From the NCBI GenBank assembly GCA_030390025.1, contig CM059431.1, positions 148,430,001 through 148,494,000 of the forward strand: a DNA stretch of 64,000 nt, read 5' to 3'. The position numbers and the translations under genes are program-made. The notes beneath the pieces were generated by a model. That model was not told the DNA's origin and searched no databases. It worked only from the letters and a program-made list of their open reading frames with translations. Of the stretch, positions 34,556-48,089 are shown piece after piece. The DNA comes from Squalus acanthias (lineage: Eukaryota). Each line of letters starts with the position of its first letter. Position 1 is the first letter of the stretch.

Positions 34556-37500
34556 GAGTGCGGTTTGCACAGAGTGCTGTGAGTTGGGTGAGTCAGGGAG
34601 GAGGAGACAGAAGAGAGAGCAACGAAGGACAGAGTGGAGACCCTTTCCACCTCCACCACGCCTGCTGCTACAAGCTACAACTACAGCAACTTCTGCTGCT
34701 GATGTGCCAGAGGGGAGAGAGGAGAGGAGAGAGGAAAGGAGACCAATAACAACAACAGAGGGAGGCCATTCCATCACTGCCTCCCCAACTGGTCTCCATT
34801 ACGAGAGAGGGAGAGAGGAGAAACAAAACCTAATCCTGCTTGGAAGGAGGGAGAGCGAGCCATCGATGAGAATAACATCTAGAGGTGGGTGTTAAAAAGG
34901 GCACTCTCCAAAATACTTTGTATTTGAGGTGGGGGGGAGGAAATAAGAAGGAGAAGACCGGGATAACAAGGGGTGTGTGTTGCTGTGTGTGGCTCTTTCT
35001 AATATCTGGAAAACAAATAAAGCTGGAGCTGCCCAGGCAAAGTCATCAATCTATTTCCCCATCTACAACATCGTTAAGACGTGGTGGTTGACTGAGCCTG
35101 GGTATCTCCAGCTTTATTTGTTTTCCAGGTGAAGACATCTTCACCCCCCACCAGAAGATCATCAACAAAGACTATAATTAATATCGGAGAGTGCCCCCCT
35201 TGGAAGCACCCACCCACCCACTATCCTGAGTGGCGAACAGGCCCCTTCGGCCTCCCACCGTCCTTCCCCCTCTCTCTCTCTCTCTCTCTGCCTCTCTCTG
35301 CCTCTCTCTCTCTAACGAGGCACATCTAATTTTATTAATTACCCAATTGAGCAGAGGGGAGAAGGCCCCTCTCCCAATTCCAATCATCAAAGGGAGAGGT
35401 GTGCCTTCATTTTTAAAACAACTCCCTCTGCTCGGGGATGAGTAAAAAAAAACAAGGCCATTTCAAACATCACCCGGCCTGCAACTTGGGGTGAGTGTAG
35501 CCCTTTTACAACACCTTATGATGGCGAGCACATCTTCGCCGGCGACGAGGCCCGCAAGGTCGTACGTGGGTGTGGCAGCCACGGCCACAGCTGGTCCCGC
35601 TGCTTCTGCTGCCCCGTCGCATTTCAGGCTATTGACCAAAAAGCTGGGGGTGAAGAGCTACACTCACCCCAACATGACCATAGAGGCTTGCGTCAAAGCC
35701 ATGGCTGGGATAGTCAGCCCCTCAGCCATCGTAGCGGCCTCTAAAATGTACAGAAAGGCTGTGTTCTTCCTGGGGTCGGAGCGGGCGGTGGCCCTGGCCA
35801 TCACAAAGGGGCTTACCGTGGGCGGGACCTTCCTGCCGGTGGATCCGCTCGAGGCCAACGCGCAGCGAATCGTACAATCAAACGTCCCGCCCTTTGTTCT
35901 GGTTGAGCTCTTCCTTCCCCACCTACGTTAACTGGGGGAGGTGAGGTCGGAGATTAATATGATCCCGCTCGGCTGCAGGGAGGCCAGCCTCCAGCACGTC
36001 TTCTCCTTCCGGCGCCAGCTGTTTATCCAGCTGGTGTGGGAGGAGGACACAGAAGGCACGTTTAGCGTCCAACTCGAGGGGACTGCCTAGCGCGTCTTAT
36101 GTACATCGGACGGTGTGCGGTGCCACGCCTGTAAGGATGTGGGGCACATAAGAAAGAATTGCCACGCCTCCAAGGCCGCCAAAACATCTGAGGCGGCCAA
36201 GGCTGGCGCCGCCAACGCTCCTCCCCCTGTTTCGGTCCGCGCGTCCGCGACACCCGATGCGCGGTGAACGCCGGAGGTCGACGAAGTCGCGGCCTCCGGT
36301 GGAAGCGAGGGGGAGCGTCCGACCGGAAGGATGGCGCGGAGGAAAACTAAACACCTTCAGGCAGGTCCCCCAGATGTACATGATGATTTACCCGAGCTTA
36401 CATCCCCGTACATTGCGCGGGTGGTTGCGGAGTTCGAGAGTGTGAGGGGCCTCGTTCCCGGGCCTGCGGCTGCAACCGCCGAGGCGGCAAAATCGAGACC
36501 TGCGGCCGTGACCGAGCCCAGGCCCTCCCAAGCAAGCTGATCAACAGGGGAGAGCGGAGGAGGAGGTCTCGGTAATCACGGAGTTCTCCCAACCTCCGTG
36601 TTCCTCCACACTGAAAAGGAGGCGAGACGCCCTGCAGGATGAGGAGGACCGTGAGGAACAGGGTCCCCCCTCGCAAGGGGAGTCGTCGCTCGCCGCGGGT
36701 GCTGAGCCCCCCCCCCCCCCCGCCCGTCACCGACACAGACATCCGGCAGGGGTTGCCTGTCCACCGGGAGGGCACGACAGATGAGTCTGTCCAGCCTGTG
36801 CCTCCCGGGGATGGGGAAGAGACCCTGCTAGTGGGGTGGGGGGCCGCGGAATTATCCACTGAGGGACAATATATGGAACCGTTGTTTCTCGCCAGGTCGG
36901 GTGTCCTTCGGACCGGGGTGGGCGAGGCCGATGAGGATGAGCCCGCTGTATACGGTCAGGACTACTCCCAGGTGCTGCTCGACCTGGTGGAGCAAATAAA
37001 TCAAGATCCCCAGTCCGCTGGGTCAGTGGATGGTGGCGGTGAAGGGGAAGGCCCCCTGACTCCGTCTCCGACGCTGGCGCCGGGGGTGTTGGAGGTACTG
37101 GCATTAATGTACTACGCGGTTTCCCCATGCACCCCGGTGCTGGGGGTGGACGGGGGTCCTGAGCCGCCGCTGCTTCCTGACCCGGTGCCTCAGGGGTTGG
37201 GATAGGGGTAGAGGTAGGGCCAGCTGATGGTGACCCCCTGGAGGAGGACGCGGACCCGACGGAGGAAACTGAGGATGACATGGAATCCGTTGCCAACGAG
37301 GCGGCGGACACCCTCGTGCCCCCCTCCGGGACCCCCCTCTTCCCCATTGTGGAACTCCGGGACTTTGTGACCATGGGCCGGGGTCGCCAGGATATAATCC
37401 GGCTGGCCATTGATAAATGGTCGGATCTGGCGCTGCTCGTTTGCTCCGTCCGTGCCGCCGTCAAAACCATGGGCCCGGCCGAGCGACGTCGGATCCGGAA

Positions 37501-40500
37501 GTTCCTCGCTGGGATTAGAAGGGAGTGGCGGTCGAATACCGGCCGCGCTCCCTCCTCCCGTTAGAGTAAAGTAGAGGTTTCAGTATGCTCTTGTCATGAA
37601 GATAACATCAACGGCAGCAGAGAGGCACGCTGTAGATTTAATAACTTCTCATCACTTCAGGAAGTGAGGCATGCGGTGTGCTTCCTGCTGGAAACTCACA
37701 CCGTTCCGGAAGACGAGGCCACGTGGATCCTGGAGAGGCGAGGAGGGGTCAGCATGAGTCACCTCTCCAACATTTCCGGCCGGGTGGCTATCTTGCTGGC
37801 CCCGCATTTTCAGCAAGAGATCTTGGGAGTCAAGGAGCATGTGCCAGTCCGCTTGCTCCAGGTCACTGTTCGCCTGGGAGCGTACCGCTCCATTTAGTGA
37901 ATGTGTACGCCCCCCAGGCCGGCGTGCAGCAAGTGCGCTTCTTCGAAGCAGTGTCCGCTCTTCTGGGCACCATCGACGTCGGCGAGTGCGTCATCCTCGG
38001 GGCGATTTTAATTGTACCCTCGAGGCGAGGGACCATTCGGGTCCTCCGCGAAGCCTGGAGGCAATGGTTAAGTTGAGGGACCTGGTCGGGTCCTTCGACT
38101 TGTTGGACGTCTGGCGAAATCTCCATCCCGACTCCAGCGCCTTCACTTGGGTGGGGTCTGGAGGTGGAAGGTCCAGAATCGGCCGCCTTTATATTTCCCT
38201 GGCGTACATCTCCTGTATTCGGGCCGCTTCCATGAGGCCGGTGCCATGCACGGACCACCACATGGTATGGGCGGAGCTCGCTCCGTTGCGGGCACCGGGG
38301 GTTCCGCATACTGGCATTTTACAAACTGCTGCTGGAGGACGTGCGGTTCCAGGATTCGTTTCGCCGGTTCCGGGCCGACTGGTGAAGGAAGCAGGGGGGC
38401 TTCAACTCCTTGAGGCTATGCTGGGACGTGGGCAAGGCTCCCGTCCGTCTCTTCTGTCAAGAGTATGAGAGGGAGTCGTCCAAGAGGCGGTAGGCCCGGG
38501 TCGGGAGGTTGGAGAGGGAGGTGCTCGACCCGGAGTCCCGTCTCGGGCAAGTCGTCGAAGACCCGGCCCTGCGGAAGGTGTACGAAGAGAAGAAGGGCGC
38601 GCTGAAGGACCTGCAGCTCGTCGGGTCCCGAGGCGCATACGTGAGGTCGCGGATCCAGTTCCTCCGGGAACTGGACCGTGGCTCCCCCTTCTTCTACTCT
38701 CTGGAAAAAAGACTGGGGTCTGTAAGCAGCTCTTGGGGCTGCTGGCCGACGACAGATCTCTGGTCTCGGATCCAGAGGGGATCAGCGCGGAGACCCGGGC
38801 CTATTACGGGTTTCTTTTCTCTCCGGATCAGTCCAGCGAGGCTGCGCGCAGAGTTTTGTGGGAGGGTCTGCCGAGGGTCGGCCCGGAGGGCGTCGAAGAA
38901 TTGGACGCTCCGCTAAGCATGGCGGAGCTGACCGGCGCCCTCGGCCAGCTCTCGAGGGGAAAGTCCCCAGGGCTGGACGGGCAGACCGTTGAGATCCACA
39001 GGGCATTCTGGGAGATCTTGGGGGGCGACTATGCGCAGGTCCTGGGGGAACGTCTGGCGACCGGGGAGATGCCCCTCTCTTGGCGCAGGGCAGTCATCTT
39101 CCTGCTGCCCAAGAGGGGTGATCTCCGCCTTTTAAAAAACTGGCGCCCGTTCTCCCTCCTCAGCACGGACTATAAAATTTTTGCCAGGGCCATGTCTGCC
39201 CGACTCGGAAAAGTGCTGGCCCACACGTTCCACCCCGACCAGTCCTACACGGTCCCGGGCTGGACAATCCACGACAACATCCATCTGGTCCGGGACCTGG
39301 TCCACATTTCCCAGAGGGCTGGTCTGTCGGTCGCCTTCCTTTCCCTGGATCAGGAGAAGGCTTTCGACAGCGTGGATCATGAGTATCTGTTCGGAGCTCT
39401 GTTGGATTCAGGTTCGGGACGCATTTCGTTGCCCGGATCCGACTTATGTATGCCGCGGCGGAGTGTCTGATTAAAGTTAATGATTCTTTGTGGTCGCCCC
39501 TTCGCTTTGGGAGGGCGGTACGTCAGGGATGCCCCATGTCCGGCCAGTAATATGCCGTTTGCGTGGAGCCTATCCTGCGCCTCTTGGGGAAGAGGTTGAC
39601 GGGACTGGCTCTGCAAGTGCCGGGCGTGGAGGGCGTCCTCTCGGCTTACACCGATGACGTGCTCCTCATGGTCACGGATCCCATCGACTTGCGGAGGATG
39701 CGAGAATGCCAGCAGATTTACTCGGACGCATCCTCCGCCAGGATCAACTGGGAGAAATGTTCTGTACTCCTGGTGGGCCAGTGGCGGGTGGACACCCTGC
39801 CGGAGGAGTTCAGGCCCTTTGCCTGAAGCACAACGCACCTCCTCTACTTGGGAGTCTACCTCGGCCCGGCCAAGGACACCTGGTCGGCGAACTGGCAAGA
39901 GCTGGAGGCCAAAGTCACCGCTCGCCTAGGACGCTGGACGGGGTTGCTCCGAGTGTTGTCCTACAGGGGTCGAGCGCTGGTCATAAACCAGATGGTGGCC
40001 GCCATGTTGTGGTACCGGTTGGTCACTTTGATCCCGTCCCCTGCGTTTGTCGCCAAGATACAGAAGATGTTCATCGACTTCTTCGAGGACAAAAGGAAGC
40101 ACTGGGTCTCTGCCGCGGTTTTATTTCTCTCGCTTAGGGAGGGCGCTCAGGTGCTGGTGTGCCTTTGCACCCAGGCGGCGACATTCCGTCTTCAGATGCT
40201 GCAGAGGTACCTTTACGTCGAGAATCCTCCCAGATGGTGTGTGCTGGTGACGTATTTCTTCTGCCAGATGCACGGCCTCAACTATGACACGCAGCTCCTG
40301 TTTGTGGAATTGGACCTCACGCAAGCCTATCTGTGGGAGCTGCCTGTCTTCTACCAGGAACTGCTATAGGTCTGGAACCAGGTCGCCTCCAGGCGGAGTT
40401 CTCCCCCATCAGGAGTGGTGGCTCTCCTTCAGGAGCCGCTGCTCAGAAATCCGCACCTCCACGTCCGACGTATCGGGTGGCTGGCGGAGGGCAGGGCTGT

Positions 40501-41571
40501 GCCTGGTAAGGTGACCAGATTCGGGGACCTGCTCGATGGCGGAGCAGCGGGCTGGATGGCGCCAGAGCAGTTGGTGCGGCGCCTCTCCTGGGGCGACGTC
40601 TGGCGCGCGACCAAAGCCATCGAGTCGCTGAAAGTGGCACTGGGCCCGGACTCCACTATGTGTATCGAGGAGGCTCAAGCACGTGGGGCGATCCCGTCTG
40701 AACTGACCTCCGTTCGGACGGAATTTCTCATCGGCGCGCAGCCCTGAAACCCCTCTCGGGAACCGGCGCCTCACAACTTGAGCCCTCTCGGGGAAATGCC
40801 CTCCGTGCCCTTCAGTTCTGCATGGAGGGGTTTCCTGTACGAGCTGCTCCTGCACACTTTCCACTTTGTCATCTTCGCCTGCCGTTTGGACACGCCTTGG
40901 CGTGCCATCTTGCCTTCTGGCGGAGGCGAAGGTCCCCAGTAATGGCTCTCTACGCGGGGGTCCTCCCCTTTTCAATTGGGGACTTGGCCTGGAGGGTGTG
41001 CACGGAGCAGTCCCGTGCAGTCAGTTTTTAAGTAGGTTCACGGACTCCCAGGCCACCTGTCTTTTTTGCGGCCTCGAGGAGTCCGTGTCCCACGTGTACG
41101 AACAAGGAGAGAGGTTGCAGCCCCTCTTTGAATATTTGAAGGGCCTGCTCCTCGCTTTTTGGTTGCAGTTCAGTCCCACACTCTGATCTACGGTCACCCG
41201 GTGCGGAGGGGAGAGGGCAGTTCGGAGGACCTCCTCGTAGGACTGCTCCTGGGCCTGGCCAAAGTGGCCATTAACAGGTCCAGGCAGCGTGCGGTCGAGG
41301 GGGTCGTTCGGCCCAATTGCCTGCCTCTCTTCCACGGCTATGTTCGCGCCCGGGTGGCCCTGGAGATGGAGCACGCGGTGTCCGCCGGCACACTTGAAGC
41401 CTTCCGAGACCGGTGGGCACCGCAGGGACTGGAGTGCATCGTCTCCCCGGACAATGTTATTTTAGTTTAATGAGATAAGTTTCATTTGAAGTTTTGTTAA
41501 TTTACAGTCGTTTTATGTTGACTCAAAAAGAGTACAAGTCCTACAATTAAGAGCAGCTGAAGGCAGTTAAT
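34556..41571 (+). mobile_element. Full-length Tx1-like (L1-clade) LINE, GC-rich, decayed
   Basis: ~960-bp 5' UTR; ORF1 (35518-~37563) with CCHC knuckle CHACKDVGHIRKNC; ORF2 (37596-41470) with APE (LLETH, NVYAP, GDFN), RT (KSPGLDG, KNWRP, LDQEKAFD, AYTDD) and C-terminal CxxC zinc motif; multiple stops and frameshifts. Confidence 0.92.
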
Positions 41572-41578
41572 TAGGGAA

Positions 41579-44500
41579 ACAAGAATAAACTGGTTCTCCT
41601 GTAGCAGAACCCAGCAAGCTCCTTTGTTTGAGGGCCTATAAAAACAGGCTTTGAAATGCGATTTTGCACTGAGTGCGGTTTAAACAGAGGGCTGCGAGAT
41701 GGATGAGTCACAGAGTTAGGTGCGGTGTGGAAGGAGGTGCTCCCTTGCTTCGCCTTTGTTTTTCTGAAGGAACTGGTTCTTACTTTACACCAAGGAAAGA
41801 TTCCGAGAGCGGGAGCAATCAAAAAACAACAACTGCGAAACCACTGACGTGACGTCACAAGCAGGGAAGCAGCTGATTGGTCAGTGAGACCTGGTGATTA
41901 TTTCTACAGTCCAGTCGTTAAAGTAAAAGTAAGGACGCTAGTTTAGAGCTAGTATTGTTTCAAGGGCGGTAAGGTCCCTGGTGTATTTAGTATTCTTTAA
42001 TTTACAGGAACTAAATGGAGTAAATTAAGGGCTGGACATGGCAGGGCAGCTCGGCTGAGTGGAGTGCTCCTACTATGCTTTGTGGGAAGTCATAGACACT
42101 TTATGTGTCCAGGGCAAACATATGTGCAGGAAGTGTCTCCAAGTGCATCTACTCGAAATCCGCGTTTCGGAGTTGGAGCTGCTGCTGGAGTCACTGTGGA
42201 GCATCCGCGAAGCTGAGATCTTCGTGGATAGCCCGTTGAACGAGGTGGTCACAACGCAGGTAAAGAGTGCACATGCAGACCGGGAATGGTGACCACCAGA
42301 CAGAGTAAAAGAACTAGTAAGGTAGTGCTGGAGTCCCCTGGGTCCATCTCCATCTCCGACAGATTTTCCATTCTCGATACTGATGGGGGAGATGGTCTCT
42401 CAGGGGAATGCAGCAAGAGCCAAGTCTGTGGCACTAATGGTGGCTCAGCTGCACCGGAGTGGAGGTAAAAGAGTGGGAGAGCAAGAGTGATAGTGGATTC
42501 TATCGTAAGGGGAACAGATAGACGTTTCTGTGGCTACAGACGTGACTCCATGGTGCAAAAGTGAAGAATGTTACTGAACAGCGACAGGGCATTCTAAAGA
42601 GGGAGGGCAAACAGTCAGAGGGCGTGGTTTACATTGGCACTAACGACATGGGTAGAAAGAGGGATGAGGTCCTGTATCCAGAATTTAGAGGGCTAGGTAG
42701 CTCATTAACAAGCAGGACCTACAAGGTTGTAATCCCTGCTTTACACCTGGTGGCACGTGCTAGTGAGTTTAGGAATAGGAGGATAGAGCAAATGAAAGCG
42801 TGGCTAAAGAGTTGGTGCAGGAGGGAGGGCTTTAGTTTCCTGGATCACTGGGTCTGTTTCTGAGGAAGGCAGGGCCTGTACAAGTCGGAAGGGTTGCACC
42901 TGAACTGGAATGGGACCAACATCCTTGCGGGAGGTTTGCTGGTACTGTTACGGGGGTGGGGGGGGTGGGGGTGGGGGTGGTGGGGGAGCGGTTAAACTAA
43001 AATGGCAGGGGAATGGGATACGGAGTGCAGCTATAGTAGGGGTGATGCACAGCCAAATATAGAGGAAAAAACAAGTGAGCCTGGAATGCAGAGCAAATAT
43101 GTAACTGCACAATGGAGTATGGCTAGGCTGGATGGCATTTATTTTAATGCAAGGAGTCTTGCGAGTAAGGCAAATAAATTGAATGTGTGGATAAATACAT
43201 GGGAGTATGATATTGTTGCTATCACAGAGACATGGTTGAGTGAGGGGAAGGATTAGCAGCTCAATATTGCGGGATATAGAACCTTCAGGCGAGACAGAGG
43301 TGGGTGAAAAAGAGGTGGGGGTTTTGCAATATTAATCAATGTGTCAATTTCTGCTGTAAGAAAGGATGATATCTTAGCAGTTTCCTCTAATGAGGCCATA
43401 TAGGTAGAACTTAAAAACAAAAAGGGGGCAAGCACTTTGCTGGGAGTGTCTATCGGCCCCCAAAAATTCTGGGGGAGATAGAGGAACAGATATGTAGGCA
43501 AACCTCAGGGAATTGTGGAAATAATAGGGTAATAATAGTAGGGGATTTCATCTTTCCCAATATTAACTTGGAGAGCCAAAGTGTGAAAGCCTTAGAGGGT
43601 GCAGAATTCTTAAAGTGCATCCAGGAGAGCTTTTTGTGCCAGCATTTAGAAAGTCCTGCAAGAGAGGGGGCGGGACTGGACGTAATTCTAGGAAATGTAG
43701 CCGGGCAAGTGGTAGAAGTGTCAGTCGGAGAGCTTTTTGGTGACATTGACCATAATTCGCTGAGATTTAAGGTAGCCCTCGAAAAGGTCAAAAATGGACA
43801 GGAAATAAAAGTTCTAAATTGGGGGATGGTCGATTTTAATATGGTAAGGCAGGATCTGGCCAAAGTGGACTGGGATCAGTTATTTAATGGGAATTCCACA
43901 TAAGTGCAGTATGAGTCTTTGAGAAAGGAAATAGAGAGAAAACAACGCCAACATGTTCGCGTAGCGGTCAAGGGTGGGACCAACAAGCCCAGGGAATCAT
44001 GGATGTCAAGGGATATACAAGAATGGATTAGAAAAAAAGGGAGGCTTTTTGCAGATACAAAGTACTAAAAACATTCGAAGCCCTAGAGGAGAATTGAATG
44101 TGCAGGGGGGTAATTAAAAAAGAAATTAAGAAAGCGAAGAGGGGGGCATTAAAAAACACTGGCGTGCAAAATTAAGGACAATCCCAAGATGTATGATAAG
44201 TATATTAAGGGCAAGATGATAACCAGGGAAAGAGCAGGGCGTATTGGGGACCAACGTGGCAATATTTGTGTAGATCAGGAAGATGCAGATGATGTTCTAA
44301 ATGAATATTTTGCACAGTGTTCACTATGGAAAAGGAGATATAGGCATAGAAATCAGGTGGGGGTATTGTGATATACTTGAACAAATTATTATTGAGATAG
44401 AGGAGGTACTAGCGGTGTTAGCGAGCTTAAACGTGAATAAATCCCCACGCACAGACGGGATGTATCCCAGGCTGCTTTGTGAGGCAAGGGAGGAGATTGC

Positions 44501-45846
44501 AGGGGCTCTTGCACAAATTGTCAGAACCCCTCTGGCCACTGGGTACTTGTCAGAGGACTGGAGAACAGCTAACGTAGTACCATAGTTCAAGCAGGGTAGT
44601 TGGGATAAATCAGGGAATTACAGGTCAGTGAGCCAAACAGGAATGGTCGGGAAATTATTGGAAAAAAATCTGATTCTACATGGACTTCAGTAAGGAATTT
44701 GACAAAGTCCCACATGGGAGACTGGTCAAGAATGTAAGAGCCCATGGGATCCAGGGCAATTTGGCACATTGGATCGAAAGTTGGCTTAGTGGCAGGAGGC
44801 AGAGGGTGATGGTCGAAGTTTGTTTTTGTGGCTGGAATCCTGTGTCCAGTGGTGTACTACAGGGATCTGTGCTGGGTGCTTTGCTGTTTGTAGTTTACAT
44901 TAATGATTTAGATATGAATGTAGGAGGTATGATCAGTAAGTTCGCAGAAGACACGAAAATTGGTGGAGTGGTAAATAGCGAGGAGGGAAGCCTCAGGCCA
45001 GAGAACGATGTAGACGGGTTGGTTACATGGGCAGAACAGTGTCAAATGGAATTTAGCCCTGAAAAGTGTGAGGTGATGCATTTTGGGAGTACTAACAAGG
45101 CAAGGGAATACACAATGAATGGTAGGACCCTAGGAAAGACAGTGTATCAGAGGGACCTTATTCTGCATGTAGATCCCTTAAGGCAGAATGACAGGTAGAT
45201 AAGGTGTTTAAAAAGACATATGGGATAGTTGCCTTCATTAGCCGAGGCATAAAATATAAGAGCAGGGAGCTTATGATGGAGCCGTATTAAACGCTAGTTA
45301 GACCATTGTGTGCGGTTCTGGTCGCCACACTATAGGACGGATGTGATTGCATTTGAGAGGGTGCAGAGGAGATTCACCAGGACGTTACATGGGCTGGAGC
45401 GCTTCAGCTATGAAGATAAACTGGACAGGCTTGGGTTGTTTTCATTAGAGCAGAGAAGGCTGAGTGTGGACCAGATTGAGGTGTACAAAATTATGAGGGC
45501 CATAGATAGGGTTGATAGAAAGGAACGTTTCCCCTCTGTAGAGGGGTCAATAACCAGGAGGCATAGATTCAAGGTAAGGGGCAGGAGGTTTAGAGGGGAT
45601 TTGAGGAAAAACTTTTTCACCCAGAGGGTGATTGGAATCTGGAACTCACTGCCTGAAAGGGTGGTAGAGGCAGGAACCCTCACAAAATTTATATAGCATT
45701 TAGATGCGCACTTAAAACGCCATAGCATACAAGGCTGCGGACCAAGTGCTGGAAAATGGGATTAGAATAGACAGGGCTTGATGGCCGGCGCGGTCGCGAT
45801 GGGCCGAAGGGCCTCTTTCTGTGTTGTATAACTCTATGACTATGAC
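41579..45846 (+). mobile_element. Full-length CR1 LINE with 7-bp TSD (TAGGGAA), decayed
   Basis: ORF1 zinc finger/leucine zipper (CRKCLQVHLLEIRVSELE) and SGNH esterase (DSIVRG, YIGTND); ORF2 EN-RT (YFNARS, ITETW, FDKVPH, QGSVLG, SKFAED); tail ACTCTATGACTATGAC; TSD at 41572-41578 and 45847-45853. Confidence 0.93.
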
Positions 45847-46616
45847 TAGGGAAGCAAATCTGCCTTCGTTACCCATTCTGGACGAAATGTGCCTCCAGGC
45901 CCAAGCAATGTGATTGACTCATAACTGCTCCTCTGAAATGGCCGAGAAAGCCACTCAGTTCTATAAGGCTGCTCACCACCACCTTCTCCAGAGCAATTAG
46001 GTTCGGGCAATTAATGCTGGCCTCGCCAGCGGCGGCCTGATCCCAAGAATGTTATTATTAATTCAAAGTCCGAAAGATGTCTGATTTTAAGAGGTAAATT
46101 GGAGGTGTTGGTTTTTTGTGCTGCATTCGGGGGCGATTTCTACCCCCTCGCGTGAGCCTCGTCCCCCTGATGCCAATTGGAGGAATCCAACTGCTGACCT
46201 GGGGGTGAAAAGTAATTATGGCAAAATACTAAACATAAACAAACTAACGTTTGGCATTTTCAAGATGCAAATCCTTTACTGGACACTTGTCAATGAGTTG
46301 GGGCTGAAGACAATGATGAGAAATTTAAAATCGAGGGTTTGCCTAACGGGGAGACAATGTAGATCAGCGAACACGGCGGTGAAGGGTGAACGGGACTTTG
46401 TGCGAGTTAGGACACGTTCCGAACAGTTTTCGATCAGACAGAAATGCCGTTAATAATTTTAGACATAATTCTTGCATCTCCTCACCCTGGAGCAATCTGA
46501 CACGGAAGATAACAAATGACTTTGAATGGGTTAAAGCCGAGCATTTGAGAGGCAAATTCTAAGTCCAATTCGGCAGCACGCTTTGACATTTGATATCTGC
46601 CAATGTCTCTAGACAA

Positions 46617-46732
46617 GGGTCGAGAAATTCGTCTTGGGCGGTGGCGCTAAACGGGTATTCTCGGATCGGGCGCCCGCTACACGCAGCGCGTTATATTCAG
46701 TTCCACTTCAGTCAATGACGAATTTCTAAGAC
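46617..46732. mobile_element. Short MITE-like element
   Basis: AGAAATTCGTC...GACGAATTTCT inverted termini; internal similarity to 47925-47990. Confidence 0.5.
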
Positions 46733-46959
46733 TAAGTCTTCAATTCTTAACACTACTTTTACAGCAAAGGTTTCTCTGTAACTCTTTGAAGCTACTTCTG
46801 TGTCAAGGAACTAGTCTCAGTAATCCTGCACCATCAACACCACTGTGTTCCCAAAACGCATGGTCCCCTGTTTAAAAAAAACAAAATCCATTCCGGCTCT
46901 TCTTAACATGCAATTTTAACATCCAACAACAAGGCTTTTTAATGAGGTAGAACCCTTCA

Positions 46960-47910
46960 TACAGGCTTTCTAAAGAGACAGGTTCAGTCACACAGCCTGT
47001 AAAAGGAACAGGACCAGTCACACAAGCTTTTGAGAGAGACAGGACCAGTCACAGCGGCTTTTCAATGAGCCAGGGATAATCACACAGGCTATTTGTGTCC
47101 TGGCCAATATTTATCCCTCAACCAGCATAACAAAAACAGTTGATCTGGTCATTATTACATTGCTGTTTGTGGGAATTTGCTGTGTTGAAATTGGCAGCCG
47201 CGTTACCTCTATTACAACATTGCTTCACAAGTACTTCATTGGCTCAAAAGCGCTTAGAGACATTCGGTGGTTGAGAAAGGCTCTACATAAACGGTAGTCT
47301 TTCCTCTTTATTTTAAAGGGACAGATTCAGTCACACAGACCTTTAAATCAGATAGGGCCAGTCACAAAGGTTTTATAAAGAGACAGCAACAGTCATACAG
47401 GCTTTTTAAAGAGACAGAACCAGTCACACAGGCGTTTTAAAGAGACAGAACCAGTCACACAGGCTTTTTAAAGAGACAGAAACAGTCACACAGGCTTTTT
47501 AAAGAGACAGGACCAGTCGCAGAGATTTCTTAAAGAATCTGAAACATTATCGCAGTCTACTTAAAGAGACAGGACCAATCACACAATTTCTAAGGAGACA
47601 GGACCACTCACACAGGTTTTTTAAAGAGACAGGACATCTCGCAAAGTCTTGTTAAAGTGATAACACTAGACACATAGAATATACAAAGTTACAGGTCTAG
47701 ACTCACATGCTCTTTAAAGAGAACGGTCATAAAAGGCTTTATAAAGTTACAAGTCCATTCAGACAGTCTTTGTAAAGAGGCAGGACCAATCACACAAGCT
47801 TTTTAAAAGAGACAGCACAAGTCACACAGACTACTTAAAGAGACATGAACAGTTACACAGGCTTTTAACAGAGACAGAAACAGTCACACATGCTTTATAA
47901 AGAGAAAAAA
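46960..47910. repeat. ~30-bp minisatellite with a nested SacSINE1-type 3' fragment (~47095-47310)
   Basis: Unit approx. TTTTAAAGAGACAGGACCAGTCACACAGGC. Confidence 0.88.
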
Positions 47911-47924
47911 CGATGAAAGCTCAA

Positions 47925-47990
47925 GGGCCTGGAAATTCCTATCGAGCGACGGCACTAAACAAACTATTTCGGATCGGAAATTCTAGGCCC
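47925..47990. mobile_element. 66-bp MITE-like element
   Basis: GGGCCTGGAAATTCC...GGAAATTCTAGGCCC imperfect TIRs. Confidence 0.55.
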
Positions 47991-48089
47991 TCATATCGGT
48001 CCTTACCGATTCTTAGACCATTAATGTTCGTTCACAGATTGTAATCTTCACCTGAATCTGACACCTTAGAACCTGCTTATTTTGCAGAG

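Larger units (their letters stand above)
34360..46052 (+). mobile_element. tRNA-derived SINE split into halves (34360-34555 and 45847-46052) by two LINE insertions
   Basis: Left half ends CATCTGGTTCACGAATGT. Right half starts TAGGGAAGCAAATCTGCC and continues to GCTCACCACCACCTTCTC. Together they match my recollection of a shark SINE consensus. Confidence 0.7.

Noticed and set aside
46765..46867. Minus-strand exon-like segment with a good acceptor
   Set aside because: All three frames contain stops, the donor is weak and no protein is recognisable.
48007..48082. Minus-strand segment ending in G|gtaagg with an Ig-strand-like peptide (SGEDYNL*TNINGLR)
   Set aside because: It has an in-frame stop, a poor acceptor and too short a resemblance to support.
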